This document shows, piece after piece, positions 49,797 to 62,351 of a stretch of 64,000 nt of DNA (position 1 is its first letter; every line of letters starts with the position of its first letter). A model generated the notes under the pieces. That model made no database searches and was not told the DNA's origin. It worked only from the letters and a program-made list of their open reading frames with translations. Source of the stretch: Craspedostauros australis (Eukaryota); NCBI GenBank assembly GCA_030167865.1, contig JALAGF010004023.1, positions 1 through 64,000 on the forward strand. Direction: 5' to 3'. A program made the position numbers and the translations under genes.

Positions 49797-50829
49797 GGTC
49801 TTGCTTCTCTCGTGTTGCCGCAAGTGGAGGGATCAGAGAGGATGCTGCGTGCTCTTGGGTCACAGTGTGGGGGCAATGGAATGGAGCAGGACTGATGCGT
49901 GCTCGTTGCGGTGTTGGGTGTGATGTAGAATACTTAGTATGAGATGGGGGAGTACTCCAGAGTATGTACGAGTTGTGCGGATACACGTATAGTATCGTGC
50001 AGGTGCAGTCTGCGGAGTCGTCGTGCTCTGCAGCGCTCCACCTCGCGGTTGTGTTCTCAAGTGTCTGGTCGAGTTGCGCTGTGTGTTGTGCGATGCCGTG
50101 TTTGGGGTTTTCTCTAGGTAAACTGCGTACCAAAGTTTCACTCAGGCTGTGTTGGGAGGCTTCTCCGTTGTGAATCTGGACTGACAAGTTTGGAGTTTCT
50201 TTTGGTCAATCTAGTCGAAGATGTGGCGACAATACCAGTGCAACCAAGACAAATTGATCTTCATTAGTACTCCTCATTTTAGCTCGTATCGATGCTGCGT
50301 ACTGCCGAAGAACACCATGGAGTAGAGTGGAGTACTGGCATAATACTTCATTGTCCAACCTGCCATTGGGTTGGGATGAGAGTGCTCCAGAGCAGTGAGA
50401 CATAGGTCTGCAACCGTCGTCCTACTCTTACCTTCAATGCCATCAACTTGAGGGATTTGATAGTGCAACGATGCGTTCCTATGAGGCGCGGTCAATACAA
50501 ATAAGATTATACTCCATTATTGTTGGATGTCCATAAAAGCCATTGGTTCGGACACATGTGGCGCTGGCGACATGTATCTATTTTTGCGGTGCTGCGTGCG
50601 CGCACTCTTGCGCATGCATATTCGCAGACGATTGCTGCGGTGAAGAGTATCCCCACTCTCGTCCATCACCAGTACAATGCTCCCGCGCATTTCCCCAGAA
50701 CAATAAATGCCCAATCAGGCGTAGTGCCAATCTGATACATTTGCTCATCTCGATGCTGCCGGCCTGGTATCCCCTCATGCTGCTGCAACTCTCTGAGGGA
50801 GAGAGAGCATGTACCAAACGGAGCCGCGT

Positions 50830-52020
50830 TCATCGCGGCATTGAGACCACCACAGGAGGACAGCCCATCTCAATGTATTCGATTGTTTTGGACGGGCCGA
50901 TGGCTTTCATGATGCTCGCCTTGGCTTCTTGCGCGCAGGTTGAGTCGGCTGCTGCCAGCAGGGGACAGAGCTCATCGTAATCGCTGTGCTTCCTTCCATT
51001 GACATCGAAGGCAGACGCATCATCGGCTTCGGCCAAATACCCCTTCAGCTTGAGGAAGCGGATGTTGGCCTGGCCGATGCATTTCAGGACATCCTTGGGC
51101 AAGCCCTTTTGCCGTTCGGTGATGGCCAGCGTTGATATGGTGCATATCGTGGCAAGCGCTTTTAGAATCTGAAGGAGAGACAACGGATTGTGGACATTGA
51201 TCTCTTCAAGCGTGAGGCTGTCGAGCTTTTCGTTCGCCGCCAAGCCGCGTGCGAATTCTTGGAAGAAGCACGTGTTGGAGGCGTCAATGTCGCTGAAGGT
51301 GATGTCCTGGATGCTTGCGTGGGAGGATAGCGTCGCGGCGAACTCGTTTGTTGCGGATGGGCAGGCATTGAAGGCGATGTGACTCAGGATGATCTTTTCG
51401 ATGCCATGATGCCTCTGTAACGAGTCCGAGAAATGGCTTAGCGATGTCTCACCAAAACTCGCGTTCGAGAGATCCAGCTCCCGCAACGATGGGCTGTGCG
51501 CCAGGATGTGCTGAAAGAACTTCGCATCATACGCATATTGAGGTCCCTCAATGTCATGGAAGGTTGGCTCCGCCCCGCTGTTGATCTCCAACGTTTGGAC
51601 ACTGTGCAGCGACGCCAGGAGGTTGGTAGATGACGCGAAGACGCATTGTGGAAGTCCGGCCAGCGTGATGTGGCAGAGTGAAGGATGGTGCTCGATACAG
51701 CGTGCCAATTCCTTGATCGAACGGTGAAGTGGCCCATGCGTTGTTGTTGGGTGAAGCGTGCAGTCCATCACCCGCAAGCTCAATCGTGAGACGTGCCTGC
51801 GATGAGCACTGCTCAATTCGGCGGCAACCGAATCAAATATGGCAGACAGAGCATGCTGCTCTGCTTCTTCGGAGCAGTCACCATCCAGCGGGCAATACAG
51901 CTCGATGCTCTCCTTGTTGACGTCAAGCTCTGCGATGCAATCTCCCTCAAGATCCAAGTATAAGTGCGAGTCCGTCGTGATCTCCGTCTCTGGTTCTGGT
52001 GCTGGTGTTACGGCTCTCAT
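50830..52020 (-). CDS. Leucine-rich repeat (RNI-like) protein
   Basis: 396-aa ORF with repeated LxxLxL units: SLCHITL, SVQTLEI, SLRELDLSN, GIEKIILSH, SIQDITFS, KLDSLTLE, TISTLAI. Confidence 0.65.
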   Translation of the reverse strand: MRAVTPAPEPETEITTDSHLYLDLEGDCIAELDVNKESIELYCPLDGDCSEEAEQHALSAIFDSVAAELSSAHRRHVSRLSLRVMDCTLHPTTTHGPLHRSIKELARCIEHHPSLCHITLAGLPQCVFASSTNLLASLHSVQTLEINSGAEPTFHDIEGPQYAYDAKFFQHILAHSPSLRELDLSNASFGETSLSHFSDSLQRHHGIEKIILSHIAFNACPSATNEFAATLSSHASIQDITFSDIDASNTCFFQEFARGLAANEKLDSLTLEEINVHNPLSLLQILKALATICTISTLAITERQKGLPKDVLKCIGQANIRFLKLKGYLAEADDASAFDVNGRKHSDYDELCPLLAAADSTCAQEAKASIMKAIGPSKTIEYIEMGCPPVVVSMPR

Positions 52021-53066
52021 TGTTCTCCTTCTCTTCGGGTGTGCAAATACGCAGCTGTTGCTGTTGGTGATGCTAGTGCAAATGCTAATGCTGATGCAAA
52101 TGCTGATGGTTGTTGGGCATAAGGTATGCAGCCCTTGTTGTTGTGGCGTCCGCAGAGGAAAGATGCTGGCCGAGGTAGACCGCGTGGATGTTGACGAACG
52201 GCCTCCTCATTTGTTGGCGATCATCCTGAAGGGGTGTGATGCGAGTTTTTGGAGATGTTGTCGCACAACCACATCGCCACTTGTGAAGCGACAACGGCCC
52301 GATCTGCGGAACCACAACGGTATCGAGCCTGCCGACAACCTCTGATTAATCGCAGCGGCCGATAGGCGTGGCCGTTGCATGTCCATGTCCCTCATGTACA
52401 ACGAAGCCTCCATCCCTGAATATACCATAAACCCACGTTGTGCAACGATGAAAATGAAATGTGTCGCAGGTGTCCCCCCACTCTGTGGGAGCAGAAAGAA
52501 GTGATTCTGGCGTCATGCCAAAAGGATGTGAGGATGACAATTCCCGATGCAGAAAAATGGTGAAGCTCCCAGCGCGTATCTTCACGTGGTTCCCATTTCC
52601 TCACGTTTCGCCGTACAATTGGCTCACGCCAACAAACACGGACGACTGCATGGATCACTATTCGAATTTGTAACCGTTATAATTGCCTCTCGTCGGTTAA
52701 CTCGAATGTTTGAAACTGACCCCCGACCAAATCGAATGCTTTCGACCAAGACTTGTCAGGCAAGACTGATTGATGTCCGTGAATCAATCGCGCAAATCAA
52801 CGCAAACAGAACGACATCGCATCATCACGTCATGGCACCATCGGCATCATCGGCACCGCGATGGAGCCTGCTATTCGCGTCGTTGAGCACTTGCTACGCT
52901 GCAACACGGATGAGGAAGAGATTAAGAATTGTCTTCGAGAGTATTCTACAATAGGTGTGATAGCGCTCTCTTGGGGGAGTATTCGTTGCGAGCAGAATAG
53001 TTGCTTCGTCTAATCTAATGCAACATGTCTAAGGAACAGCGTGGCGTGGTGATCCCAACACGATAC

Positions 53067-55995
53067 TCACGCGGAAAGTGCCTCCTGGTGTTCCTTCAGC
53101 TTCTTTTCGTACCAAGGTCTGCGCAGCTTCCTCAGTGCGCGGCATTCCTGCGATCGGACCCATGGTTTGGACTGCTTCATTATCGCGGCGACGATCGTCA
53201 CGGTGCGCGTCAGACCATCCGTCAGGCCGTATCGGTATGAAATCACCGTGCGTTCCTCCTCGGTCAGGGCCTTCAACATTTCACCGAGATCATCGTGGAA
53301 GAGGGAGCGATCCACGATCTTGGTGGGCGGACTGTCCTGATCGACATCATCGGAGGTGGTGAGGCCGTCGCCCAGCACGTCGTCGCGGTCCAGCCCCATG
53401 TTCCTGACATTGTTCTGGTATTTGGGGACTTCCAACGAGATGGATCGTTTCGTCAGGCGCAACATGTTGTTGTACTTCGGCAGAGGCATTTCCAGGGCAG
53501 CCGCCATCTCCTCGTTCGTCGGCATGCGCCCGAGCTGGGCCTGCAGCGTGTTCTTCTCCTTGCGGACCTTGCTCAGCAGGTTGTGCACGTGGACTGGCAA
53601 CCGGATGGTTCGAGAATGGTAGGCAATGGAGCGGAACACCGACTGCTGAATCCACCTGTTGGATGTCGTGTGCGGGCATGTTTGATATTATATGTAACAG
53701 CGCACATCATGATGAATGGGGGTGGATGATTTGGGCAGGTAAGCAGCAGGAGAAAAGTATTCGAGACCGAGCCGACGTGATGTTGGGCGTGGCACAATTG
53801 CGATTATGTGAGACGAGGAACGGTGGACGCCAAGGGCATGGAAATGAATTGGATAATACGCATTACGCATTACGCACCGCAAGCTGGCCAAGATGAGACG
53901 AGATCGTGTTGCGCAACGACAAATGATGAATCGCCCTTTCCATCACCCGTGCCTGTCGTCTCCACGAACATCATGACAATACATATGAATGCCAACGTTT
54001 GTTTGCTCGTGCGAATGCGCACAAGCACGCACTCACGGCGCACATGACATACAGAACATGTTCGGTAAGATGCAACAACCCCGAACCGCCATGCGACGTA
54101 CCATGATGCGTAGGTCGAAAACTTGAATCCCTTTGCTGGATCGAACTTCTCGGCTGCTCGCGACAATCCCAAGCTTCCTTCCTGCACCAGATCTTGCAAA
54201 CCGACCCCCACATTGCAGTACTTGCGTGCGATGCTCACAACCAGCCGCATGTTGCACTGCACCATCCGCTGCTTGGCTTCCTTGGCCTCGATCATGCTAT
54301 CAACGAATTGCGATGCCGTGCCCGTGTTCACCAAGACCCTTTTCTTTTTGTTCTTCTTAGTCTCGCCGTCACCGTTGTCACCGGTGTCACCGTCTGTCTT
54401 GACTGGTTCTGACACGTAGAATTTGGTCAGTTTGGTCGGCGGTGCTTTCTTCTGCCTTCCGCGTCCTCTGCCAACTCCGGCGGAATGTGCGAGGCCGTTG
54501 CCGACAAACATGTTGGGATCCACTTTCTGGAACATGGAGTCGTATCCTTTAGGGCGGATCTGGTCGTCAAACTCCGTCGCACGAAAGTCGGGATCGGCAT
54601 CTTCGAAGCTGTGGCATACCGCACGCGCGATTGGAGTCGGAGGTGATGAACAGAATGAACGTTGCAAAAGAAAAGAGATGTTACCCATCCGTTGTTGGCA
54701 GCGGTAGTGGTGATACAAGTTGGTGAGTTGAATATCAATATTCCTATGCCTGCACTTTGTTCGCACGCGGCACAGCTCTGTAGTACGTAATACGCCTGAA
54801 CAAGTACGGCATGCCGTTGCAGTCTGACGATCGGTGCCATCCAATCTGTACACATGCGCTCATACATTCCGAATCATCCACGCAGTATCTCACAGCGCAG
54901 GGATAGGACAGCATAGTATGGCATGATAGTCACTCACCCGCACGCGGCAGCCCATTCTTCGATGGTGGGCACCCGCATCAGCGCCGTTGCCAGGCCTTCA
55001 TGCACGCTTTCGCACTGCATCATGAACTTGACCTGCATTCCAAGGGTGTATTCATCTTCGGGTGTCAGCAGCTCCGTGTTGTAATACTTTTGCAGCTCCA
55101 TGTTTCCAGGGATGTTGCGATTGCGCTTGAGCGCAGCGCTGACGGTGGCACCTTTGGGCCTTGGCTTGGGCAGGTTCTTGTGAACGCGCTTGCGCTTTTT
55201 GGGGCCGACAGCCTTGGTGTTGGTGGTGCTCTCCTTGTCCTTGGAGATGTCTTTGATATCGCGTTTGGGTTTGCGGGATGATCCGCGGACCTTTTTGGCA
55301 GACGCTGGCGATGGCTGCGCCGATGACTTTCCTGCGGCACTATCTCCGTTGCCGTTGTCGTCGATGCTGCTGGACAACTCATCCGCGTCTCCGTTGATGA
55401 ACTTGGAGATGGTCGCCATCTCCTCCTTCCCGAGGTCGCCCCGGACTTCCTCCAATCGGTCGATGGCGTGCTGGCGTCTTCGGAACTTCGCCATGGTCCT
55501 GCGAGTCATCGCGCCGGGGACGAGGTTTGGACGACCTTGCGGTTTGGACTTGAGGTAGTTGCTGGTGCTCTGCCTGATTCTGGGGACCCCAACTGCGTCG
55601 TCGTCTTCTGAAATGCCCTCATCCGGGAATAAGCATGCATCGGCGAGCATCCCCAGGGTTTCGGATTCCATGCTGGAGATCTTCCGGCGCACTTCCTTGC
55701 GTTGCATCGCGGCAACCGCGACTTTTCGTTTGGCATCAGAGACCTGCGTCTTAGGTTCGATCATCGTGACGGATGCATTCTCCGTGGATGATGTTGACTG
55801 GGAGAGCGTGACGAAGGTCCCGCGGTGGTGTGATGGGTATCTCGCAGCACCATGGATACCATTGACGCGTGCGTTGGCATTCGCGTTGGCATTGGTATTG
55901 CCCATTCCCTGCAGCACCGAGTGCCCTCCCAACGATGTGAAAGCCGCGCAAGTTGGCAGGGATGTGAACAGGACCGCCACGATGACCAGCAGCAT
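53067..55995 (-). CDS. Nucleus-encoded plastid RNA polymerase sigma-70 factor, 3 exons (55995-54938, 54608-54102, 53655-53067); an in-frame upstream ATG lies at 56268
   Basis: Region 1.2-like LLTPEDEYTLG; region 2 NMRLVVSIARKY...[44 protein letters not shown]; region 4 ERTVISYRYGL...VRSQECRALRKLR. Signal peptide MLLVIVAVLFTSLPTCAAF. Confidence 0.92.
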
Positions 55996-58170
55996 GGCTG
56001 TTGTGGTTGTGTGCGCTTGCGGTTGGCTGTGGCTTTGCGTGTTTACTTGCGTTCGCGTCTGATGTTGCTGCTGCCGTTGGCGTTTCCTGTGCGGTCTCAA
56101 TCTTGGGCATGCGATCATGTTGCATTCACTGTCGCCGGAAGCGGTTTGCTGAAACATGGTGGTTGCACTCGTGGTTGAGGTTGCGTCTGCATCATCGTGA
56201 TGCATCTGGAGCTGCTCAGTTTGTTGTGCCGATTGCAGCAGGGCATGCAATGGGCTTGGGACTGTCATGGTGTGGTTATCCCGTACTGTCGTTGTCCTGT
56301 AGTGTTGATGTGCAGTTGGGGTGCTGTCAAGTTTGGGATAGGAAAGGTGTCAGCCTTGTCCCTTCGCAGTTGCAGTCGCGGTGGAATTCGAATTAATCTG
56401 GTGGTGAGGAGTTCAACCGATTCCTCTCTGCCCGATCTTCCTTCTTCAATCACAAAATCGCGGAAGCGGAGAACGCCAAATGCGGAGATGCGAAAAGACA
56501 GTCAGTGAAGTGGGACTGCTCAATTGATGGGACCACCTTGTCTGAAATCGCTGAAGATGGATCGTGAGCCAACGGTGACGATGGTGGTGGCAGTCACGAT
56601 GGTGGTTCGGCGGGACGTTGCTGCTTCGATGCGTTTTGCTTGGTTGACAACTACCGATTGATTAAGGCAGAGTGTGGCGATGATGGCAGCCTTCGTCTCC
56701 CACGTTGCTGGAGTATTATTCCTCTGTCTTCTTGCTCTCCTGTTGATGCTGCTGCTACTACTTCCAACAGACAATGATGATGATGATGATGATGGGGGAG
56801 TGTTGGTGATGCTGAAGCCGCTTGTGATGATGATGTGTTTGTATGCGGAGATGATGCGATTTGCGCTCCTCGATCCACCCAAGTTGAATTCAAGAGCCGA
56901 CGATGGTCCTTCTTGATGTGAATTCTGTACTTGAAGAGTACCACACACACACACAAAACTCTTGGAGTGTGTCGGCACAAGATTGCGGTTATTTCCGACT
57001 CAACCTTCCTCGTGTCGACGTCTCGCCCTTCTGCTCTCAGTTCCTCCTTCCTTGATGTTGGCTGGCTGCGGATCGCGAGTCCAGTTGTCATCTTTTTCAA
57101 CCGTGTCCACACACACAGACACACACACAAGATCATGTCTGCTTCCTCCCACGCTTTCTCGCGACCAGCACGGGTGAGGTGGTGTGACAGCTGCCGCTTT
57201 CCACCAATCAATCTGCAGCACGCCCGGCTCGCCCAAACCCACGATCCTCCGGGTTTCTTTCTTCTTCAACAAAACGATGACGTCGGGAATTGATTAGTTT
57301 CTTATTGAATTCCCATTCATGGAAATACGTGACTAGATCTTTATGCACGACTCGTTGTATCCAAAGGTGAAGTTGTGACGAGTTTTGACGTCTGCGCCAA
57401 TTTTTTCGATTTGTACCCAAAGCCGACGCACTTCTTGCGTCCATCATCTGCTCATGCTCTTTGTCGTCATTCGATGTGGCCGGGAGAACGCGATGCCAAT
57501 TGAGAACGCCTCAGGCTGCACATGGGTGTTCGCGGGTGGGGAAGATTGCTTGCAGTGATGCGGTGGTGTTGTGGAGGTGTTGTGGAGGTGTTGTCTTGTG
57601 CTGGTTGTGTGCTGGGCTCATGCCGACGACCATGGCGCTGCCGGAAGCAAGGATCGGCATCTGCCGTTTCTCCTTTTGGAGGAAGTGCAGGCAGGCCAAC
57701 GGATTGGGGGTTGTCGGCGCCGAGGTAGACATGCAAGGGGACGATGGAGCTCCAAGCCAAAGGAAAGGCAAGCAACAAGCGAGACAGAAGAAGACAAGAG
57801 TGGAGCAGAACGGAGCACTCGGTATTGGCAGTTTGGTTTTTGGTTTTTCTGTTTCTTCTTTATTTTTTTCTGTTGGGTTATTGTTTGCTCGTATTCATGT
57901 AAAATATTAATCGCTGCCCGGATGCTGCTGCTTGTGTTGTTCTGCTGGACATGGATTGTGTTGTTCTCGCTACTTGCCATTACGTACACATGTGGGATGT
58001 GCAAAGCCGCGTCCATGTTGTGAGACTCGGGCTTTGCGTTTGAGTATGAGTTTGAGCGGCGCTTGCTGGTCGATCATGGTTGTTTGCCTGATGGCTGGCA
58101 TATTGGTTGTGTTCGTTGCCTTGTTGTCGTACCTCTTCAACGGTTTGTGGTCGACGATCGTCGTTTATAG

Positions 58171-58205
58171 TGTTGTTGTTGTTGTTGTTGTTGTTTGTTT
58201 GTTTG
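58171..58205. repeat. (TTG)n/(TTTG)n microsatellite
   Basis: tgttgttgttgttgttgttgttgtttgtttgtttg. Confidence 0.85.
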
Positions 58206-58599
58206 TGAAATTGAATTCGTTGTCATCCCATTGGATTCCAATTGAATTCAATCGAATGGATTTTTGTTATGTGCCTGGGATCGAGGATTCTCGCTCGATC
58301 GAAGTGCGTTGATGCATCGCCGCTTTGAAGCAGCGTTCGTTGGATGTAGCTTGCTCGCTCATGTACGTACGTATGGAAGGATGGCCGTGTACTCATTGGT
58401 GGACCCGTTGCCGCAGGTGTCTTCGTCTCTTGTGCGTTCCCGCAGTCATGACGTGCGATGATATGGATGCGTTGCCTGCACATCATCGCTGCAGGGCATG
58501 TCCGGAGTTCTTGGTCATCCCATTGGTCGCCCGGGCTGGAGGGCAGTCCATGAGGATCGCCTCATCTCACGTACCTCGCCACGCCGCGCCTTGTCGGAC

Positions 58600-59709
58600 T
58601 TACTTGTCCAAGAAGAACAAGCTTCCGCCGCCGTTGTCCCAGTTTGGGCCGTCGTCCCATCCACCGTCAGCGCCGGACGCGCTGGCATCGATGAGATATG
58701 GTTCCACAATGACGGACAGCGGGAACTCGACAGTTCCTGTGTTCACCACTCGGACCACGTTGCCTGTTCCTGGAGTCTCGATGACGACGAAGAATGGGCG
58801 TTCCAAACCGTCCTCGGTGTACACCTCCATCACTTGCTTGTTGTTGTTGGGACCTTGCAAGAGCTCGATTCTGGCGTTGAGAGGACGTCCGTCGGTGCGG
58901 AGCATCACTTGGACGCTCGCCACGGACGGGGGGTACGGGTAGGTCTGGATGGCTCCACCTTGGATGATGTTGGGGACGCTGAGGCTGCCCAGCTTCCTCA
59001 TGATGCTGCCGAGGGCGCTGCCAACATCTGGCTCCACGCAGGCCGACATGGGGAACTCGAGGTGTCCGGTGTTGCGGATGGCGACAGCGTTGTTGCTTCT
59101 GGGGCTCTCGATGACGCAGTTGAAGGGGCGCAGGGCACCGTCCTCGATGTAGACGGCCATCTTCTGCGGTGTGTTGTCGGGTCCTTGCCACAGCTCGACG
59201 TTGGCGTTGAGGGGACGTCCGTCAGTCTTGAGGAGCACCTGGACTCGAGAGGCCGTGGAGGGTGGCACGCACGTGCGCAGCGATCCTCCCTGGACGATCA
59301 CGGGCGAGAGCGTGTCCCAGACCTTCTTGACGAGGCGCACGTCGCCCGCGTTGCTGAGGTCCGCCGTCAGGGCCGGGTTGAAGGTGGACTTGTCAGCGTA
59401 CGCTGTCGAGGACGGGGCTGGGGCGGAGACCTTCGGGAACTCGAACGCTGGCTTGGCTGCCGAGGCCGAAGGAGCGTATGAGGTGGGCGCGGCCTTCGCT
59501 GAGCCGTTGGTGGTGCTGTTGCCGGTGCTGTTGGTCGACGCCGCCGTCGTCACTGGATCATCATCGCTCAAGTAGGAGTAAGAGAAGGAGTTAGACGAAT
59601 GCAGCACGATTGGAGCCTTCGCTCTGGGTGCTTGCACGAAAAAGGCGCACACACCCCAGTTCGAGAGGTGCCACAAGGAAAGGGTGAGGGCCGTTGGTGC
59701 GATCTTCAT
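58600..59709 (-). CDS. PyShell: Plastid-targeted protein with two homologous beta-rich domains; probable pyrenoid shell (PyShell/Shell) protein
   Basis: Signal peptide ending VCAF, Ser/Thr/Ala-rich linker, then two units 110 aa apart: QGG..RT...VQVLLKTDGRPLNANVELWQGP...EDG..RPF...IESP...IRNTG..EFP and QGG...VQVMLRTDGRPLNARIELLQGP...EDG..RPF...IETP...VVNTG..EFP. Family name recalled from memory. Confidence 0.72.
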   Translation of the reverse strand: MKIAPTALTLSLWHLSNWGVCAFFVQAPRAKAPIVLHSSNSFSYSYLSDDDPVTTAASTNSTGNSTTNGSAKAAPTSYAPSASAAKPAFEFPKVSAPAPSSTAYADKSTFNPALTADLSNAGDVRLVKKVWDTLSPVIVQGGSLRTCVPPSTASRVQVLLKTDGRPLNANVELWQGPDNTPQKMAVYIEDGALRPFNCVIESPRSNNAVAIRNTGHLEFPMSACVEPDVGSALGSIMRKLGSLSVPNIIQGGAIQTYPYPPSVASVQVMLRTDGRPLNARIELLQGPNNNKQVMEVYTEDGLERPFFVVIETPGTGNVVRVVNTGTVEFPLSVIVEPYLIDASASGADGGWDDGPNWDNGGGSLFFLDK

Positions 59710-61158
59710 TGTTACGTGTTTGGTGGTTGTTCTGCTTGGCAGTAGTGTTGCGATTGCTGTTGTTGTTTGGTTTTGTTCGGATGCGCTGTGCTGTGTTGAT
59801 GTCAGCTGATGCGATGCGATGCGATGTTCTGATTTGGGTTGGTTTGGCAGCTTTCTGCTTTTTGTGTGTGTTGGATGAGGGTTGCCTGATTTGTGTTTGA
59901 TGATGCACGATGATGCACGATGATGCGCGTTGATACGCAGTGATGGGTGATGATGTGCGTTGCTTTTGCATGGGATCGGGTTGTGTTTGCTGCTTGTTGG
60001 ATCTGTTGATGTTTTTGATGTGCGCGTTCGTGTGTGTGTTTTTGGTTGTTGGCGTCGAGGCTGTTGTTGTTGTTGTTGTTGATGTGCTGATGGGCTGCCG
60101 TGATGTGTTCGGTACTCCAACTCGTACGTTTTGGTTGTGTCTTTCTCGTAGGTAGAATAACAGCTGCAATTCGTACGGCAGATGCGATTGTTGCTGTTGG
60201 GCGGATGGGTTGATGTCCGTGTGCGTGGGGGTGTCAGCCACAGTTAACGCGGATTCCTACGAAGTATTCGATTGTTGCACATGGAATGACGCAGTTGATG
60301 TCACATTTACCCTTTCCGTACTTAGGGGGCCAGCTGGTCCAGCTCACAAACATCACTCTGCCGTCACCTCGATCTTCGGATGGGAAGCACAAACACTCGC
60401 GCCGATTCTCGTCGAGGGTGCATCGCCGAGCATCATGGGTGGGTGCGGAAACATGGGACGTGTGCATCAAATGAATGGACAAGGAGCACTTGTTGCTGCA
60501 CATGCCCAGGACGGCTATGCGGATTGGCCGGATGACATGTGATGGCGCCAGATGACGTATGTGGAGCGTTTTCGAAACGTAAACAGTTGGTTGAATCTGG
60601 TGAGCGTTCCGACCGATGCTGGGCAGATGTCCAATAAAGATTCGGCTCATGAGGCTGACAAGGTAGGAGCGTGTCCGGGTGAATGATACCCGGCATCTCG
60701 GACAGAAAGGCATCTGGAATTCTCACAGAGTACTCGTGGCTTGATTGGTTAGATTCGTTCTCTGTCTCTGTTAGCATTCTATGGGACGGCTCGAGGACTC
60801 TGCTCGATGCTTTTTTGCGTGTCTGCAATTGTGTTTCACCATGTGCGTCCCAGGGAAGCGGATAAAGAAATAGCAGTAGCTGCTGCGGCTGAGGCAGCCA
60901 GGTTGCAAGCCTTGACTGTATCGAGCAGTTGGCTGATTGAATGCTCTTGTTGTGGGAGCAATTGGGTACCGTTGAATGACTTCATTGCATTCGTTCCGAA
61001 AGATCGCCGATTCCAACAGTCGCGATACTCCCGAGGCCACCTTGTCGATGGAATTGAATTGAATTTGAAAGTGTTACCATGCGATGTGATTTAATGCCAC
61101 GCAATGCGCCTCAAGCAAGTTAGTCTTTCCGTGCGCTCCGATGATTTGCATCGACGCA

Positions 61159-62351
61159 TCAAAGTAAGTTGTTGTTTTGGATGTTGGATTGGACCGTGTG
61201 AAAGAGCCTCTGCGTGTATTGGCTCTCGACTCCGGCAGCAGTAACCGTGAAAGGGCAGGCGACCGTGACGACGAATCGAACCACGTTGTCTCTTCCGCTC
61301 AGGTCCATGTATTGGAAGTCCTGCTCCACACTCTCGACGATCGGCACGCCCGACAGGGTCACATCCGGCATGGCCGTGTTCTGCATGACACTTGCAATGC
61401 TCGTCGCATAGCTCTCGTACGAATTCTTGCGCCCAAACGAAATAACTCCAAACGACAGACGGAAAGTGGCGTCTTTGGGAAAAGGATTGGTGATCACAGG
61501 AACAAGCGCTGGACTTTCTCTTTCTGCCGCTGACGTTGCCTCCGGCGTTCCCATGGAATCGGCTGTGCCCACCGCCTCCACTGCAGCTGACGCGTTCCCT
61601 GGTTGGGATTCTCGCATCGGAGATTTCGGAGGAGCCTCCTGGCTTTCTTGTGCGACGCCTGTACTCGTCAGACAGCAGTGTCGTTCACCGATCAAGGAGA
61701 AAATTGGCATGCAGATGATCACGTGAGTGGGCAATATCTTTCCAAGGAATGCGAAGAATCATGAACAGTGGCCATACTGCATTGGTACTTGCAGGCGCGT
61801 CATGGTGCATGGGATCATAATCCAGTCATCATCGAATTGAATCGCATCAAATCCGATCCAATTCAATTCAAGTAGGAATTGAGGAACCTAGTCCCATGCA
61901 GGATCAGTCTCTCACCTGTGAACATGTTCGCCATGGCCGACACCGACCCAGCAACGATGTTGTTGATGGAATCCTCCGGTTGGACGCTGACAGGCTGCGG
62001 GAAGGACTCCTCCGTCCCATCATCGACGCTCGGCTTGCCCTTGCCCATGGGCGAGCTGTAATGACGCATGCTGTGCTCGGCTTCAAGACGGTGCTGGCGT
62101 TCCTCCTCTTTCATGGCGGCGAGCTTGGCATCTTCCTCCGACAACCCATCCGCTCGGTACGTGCGCATGTGCTGCTCCGCCTCCAGCTTCTTTATCCGGT
62201 CCTGCTCCTTCTGGGCGGCGAGCTTGGAGGCTGCTTCGTCCGCCGCGCTGACGCCGCTGAAGTTGCGCAACGCGGCCGCTGCTTCATTCTTGCGTTTGCG
62301 TTCTTCGTCCTTCTGCGCCTTCTGCTGCGCTTGCCATGCTTCGATGTTCAT
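61159..62351 (-). CDS. Hypothetical protein with three helical repeats, 2 exons (62351-61916, 61658-61159)
   Basis: Repeats KAQKDEERKRKNEAAAALRNF, KLAAQKEQDRIKKLEAEQHMRTY and KLAAMKEEERQHRLEAEHSMRHY. Phase-1 intron keeps the frame. Confidence 0.7.

Noticed and set aside
53067-55995. Sigma-70 gene as bacterial contamination or recent horizontal transfer
   Set aside because: It has spliceosomal introns and a plastid-type signal peptide; nucleus-encoded plastid sigma factors are expected in algae.
56300-58500. About 2 kb between the sigma factor and PyShell-like genes with many short ORFs and two TGACGT hexamers (57278, 57386)
   Set aside because: No ORF with convincing codon bias or motifs; single hexamers are expected by chance.
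58498-59481. 327-aa ORF antisense to the PyShell-like gene
   Set aside because: Shadow ORF; the minus-strand frame carries the signal peptide and internal repeat.
59710-60120. 137-codon upstream extension of the 506-aa ORF-track call
   Set aside because: Begins at a non-ATG codon and is CA-rich low-complexity leader sequence; the likely start is MKIAP at 59709.
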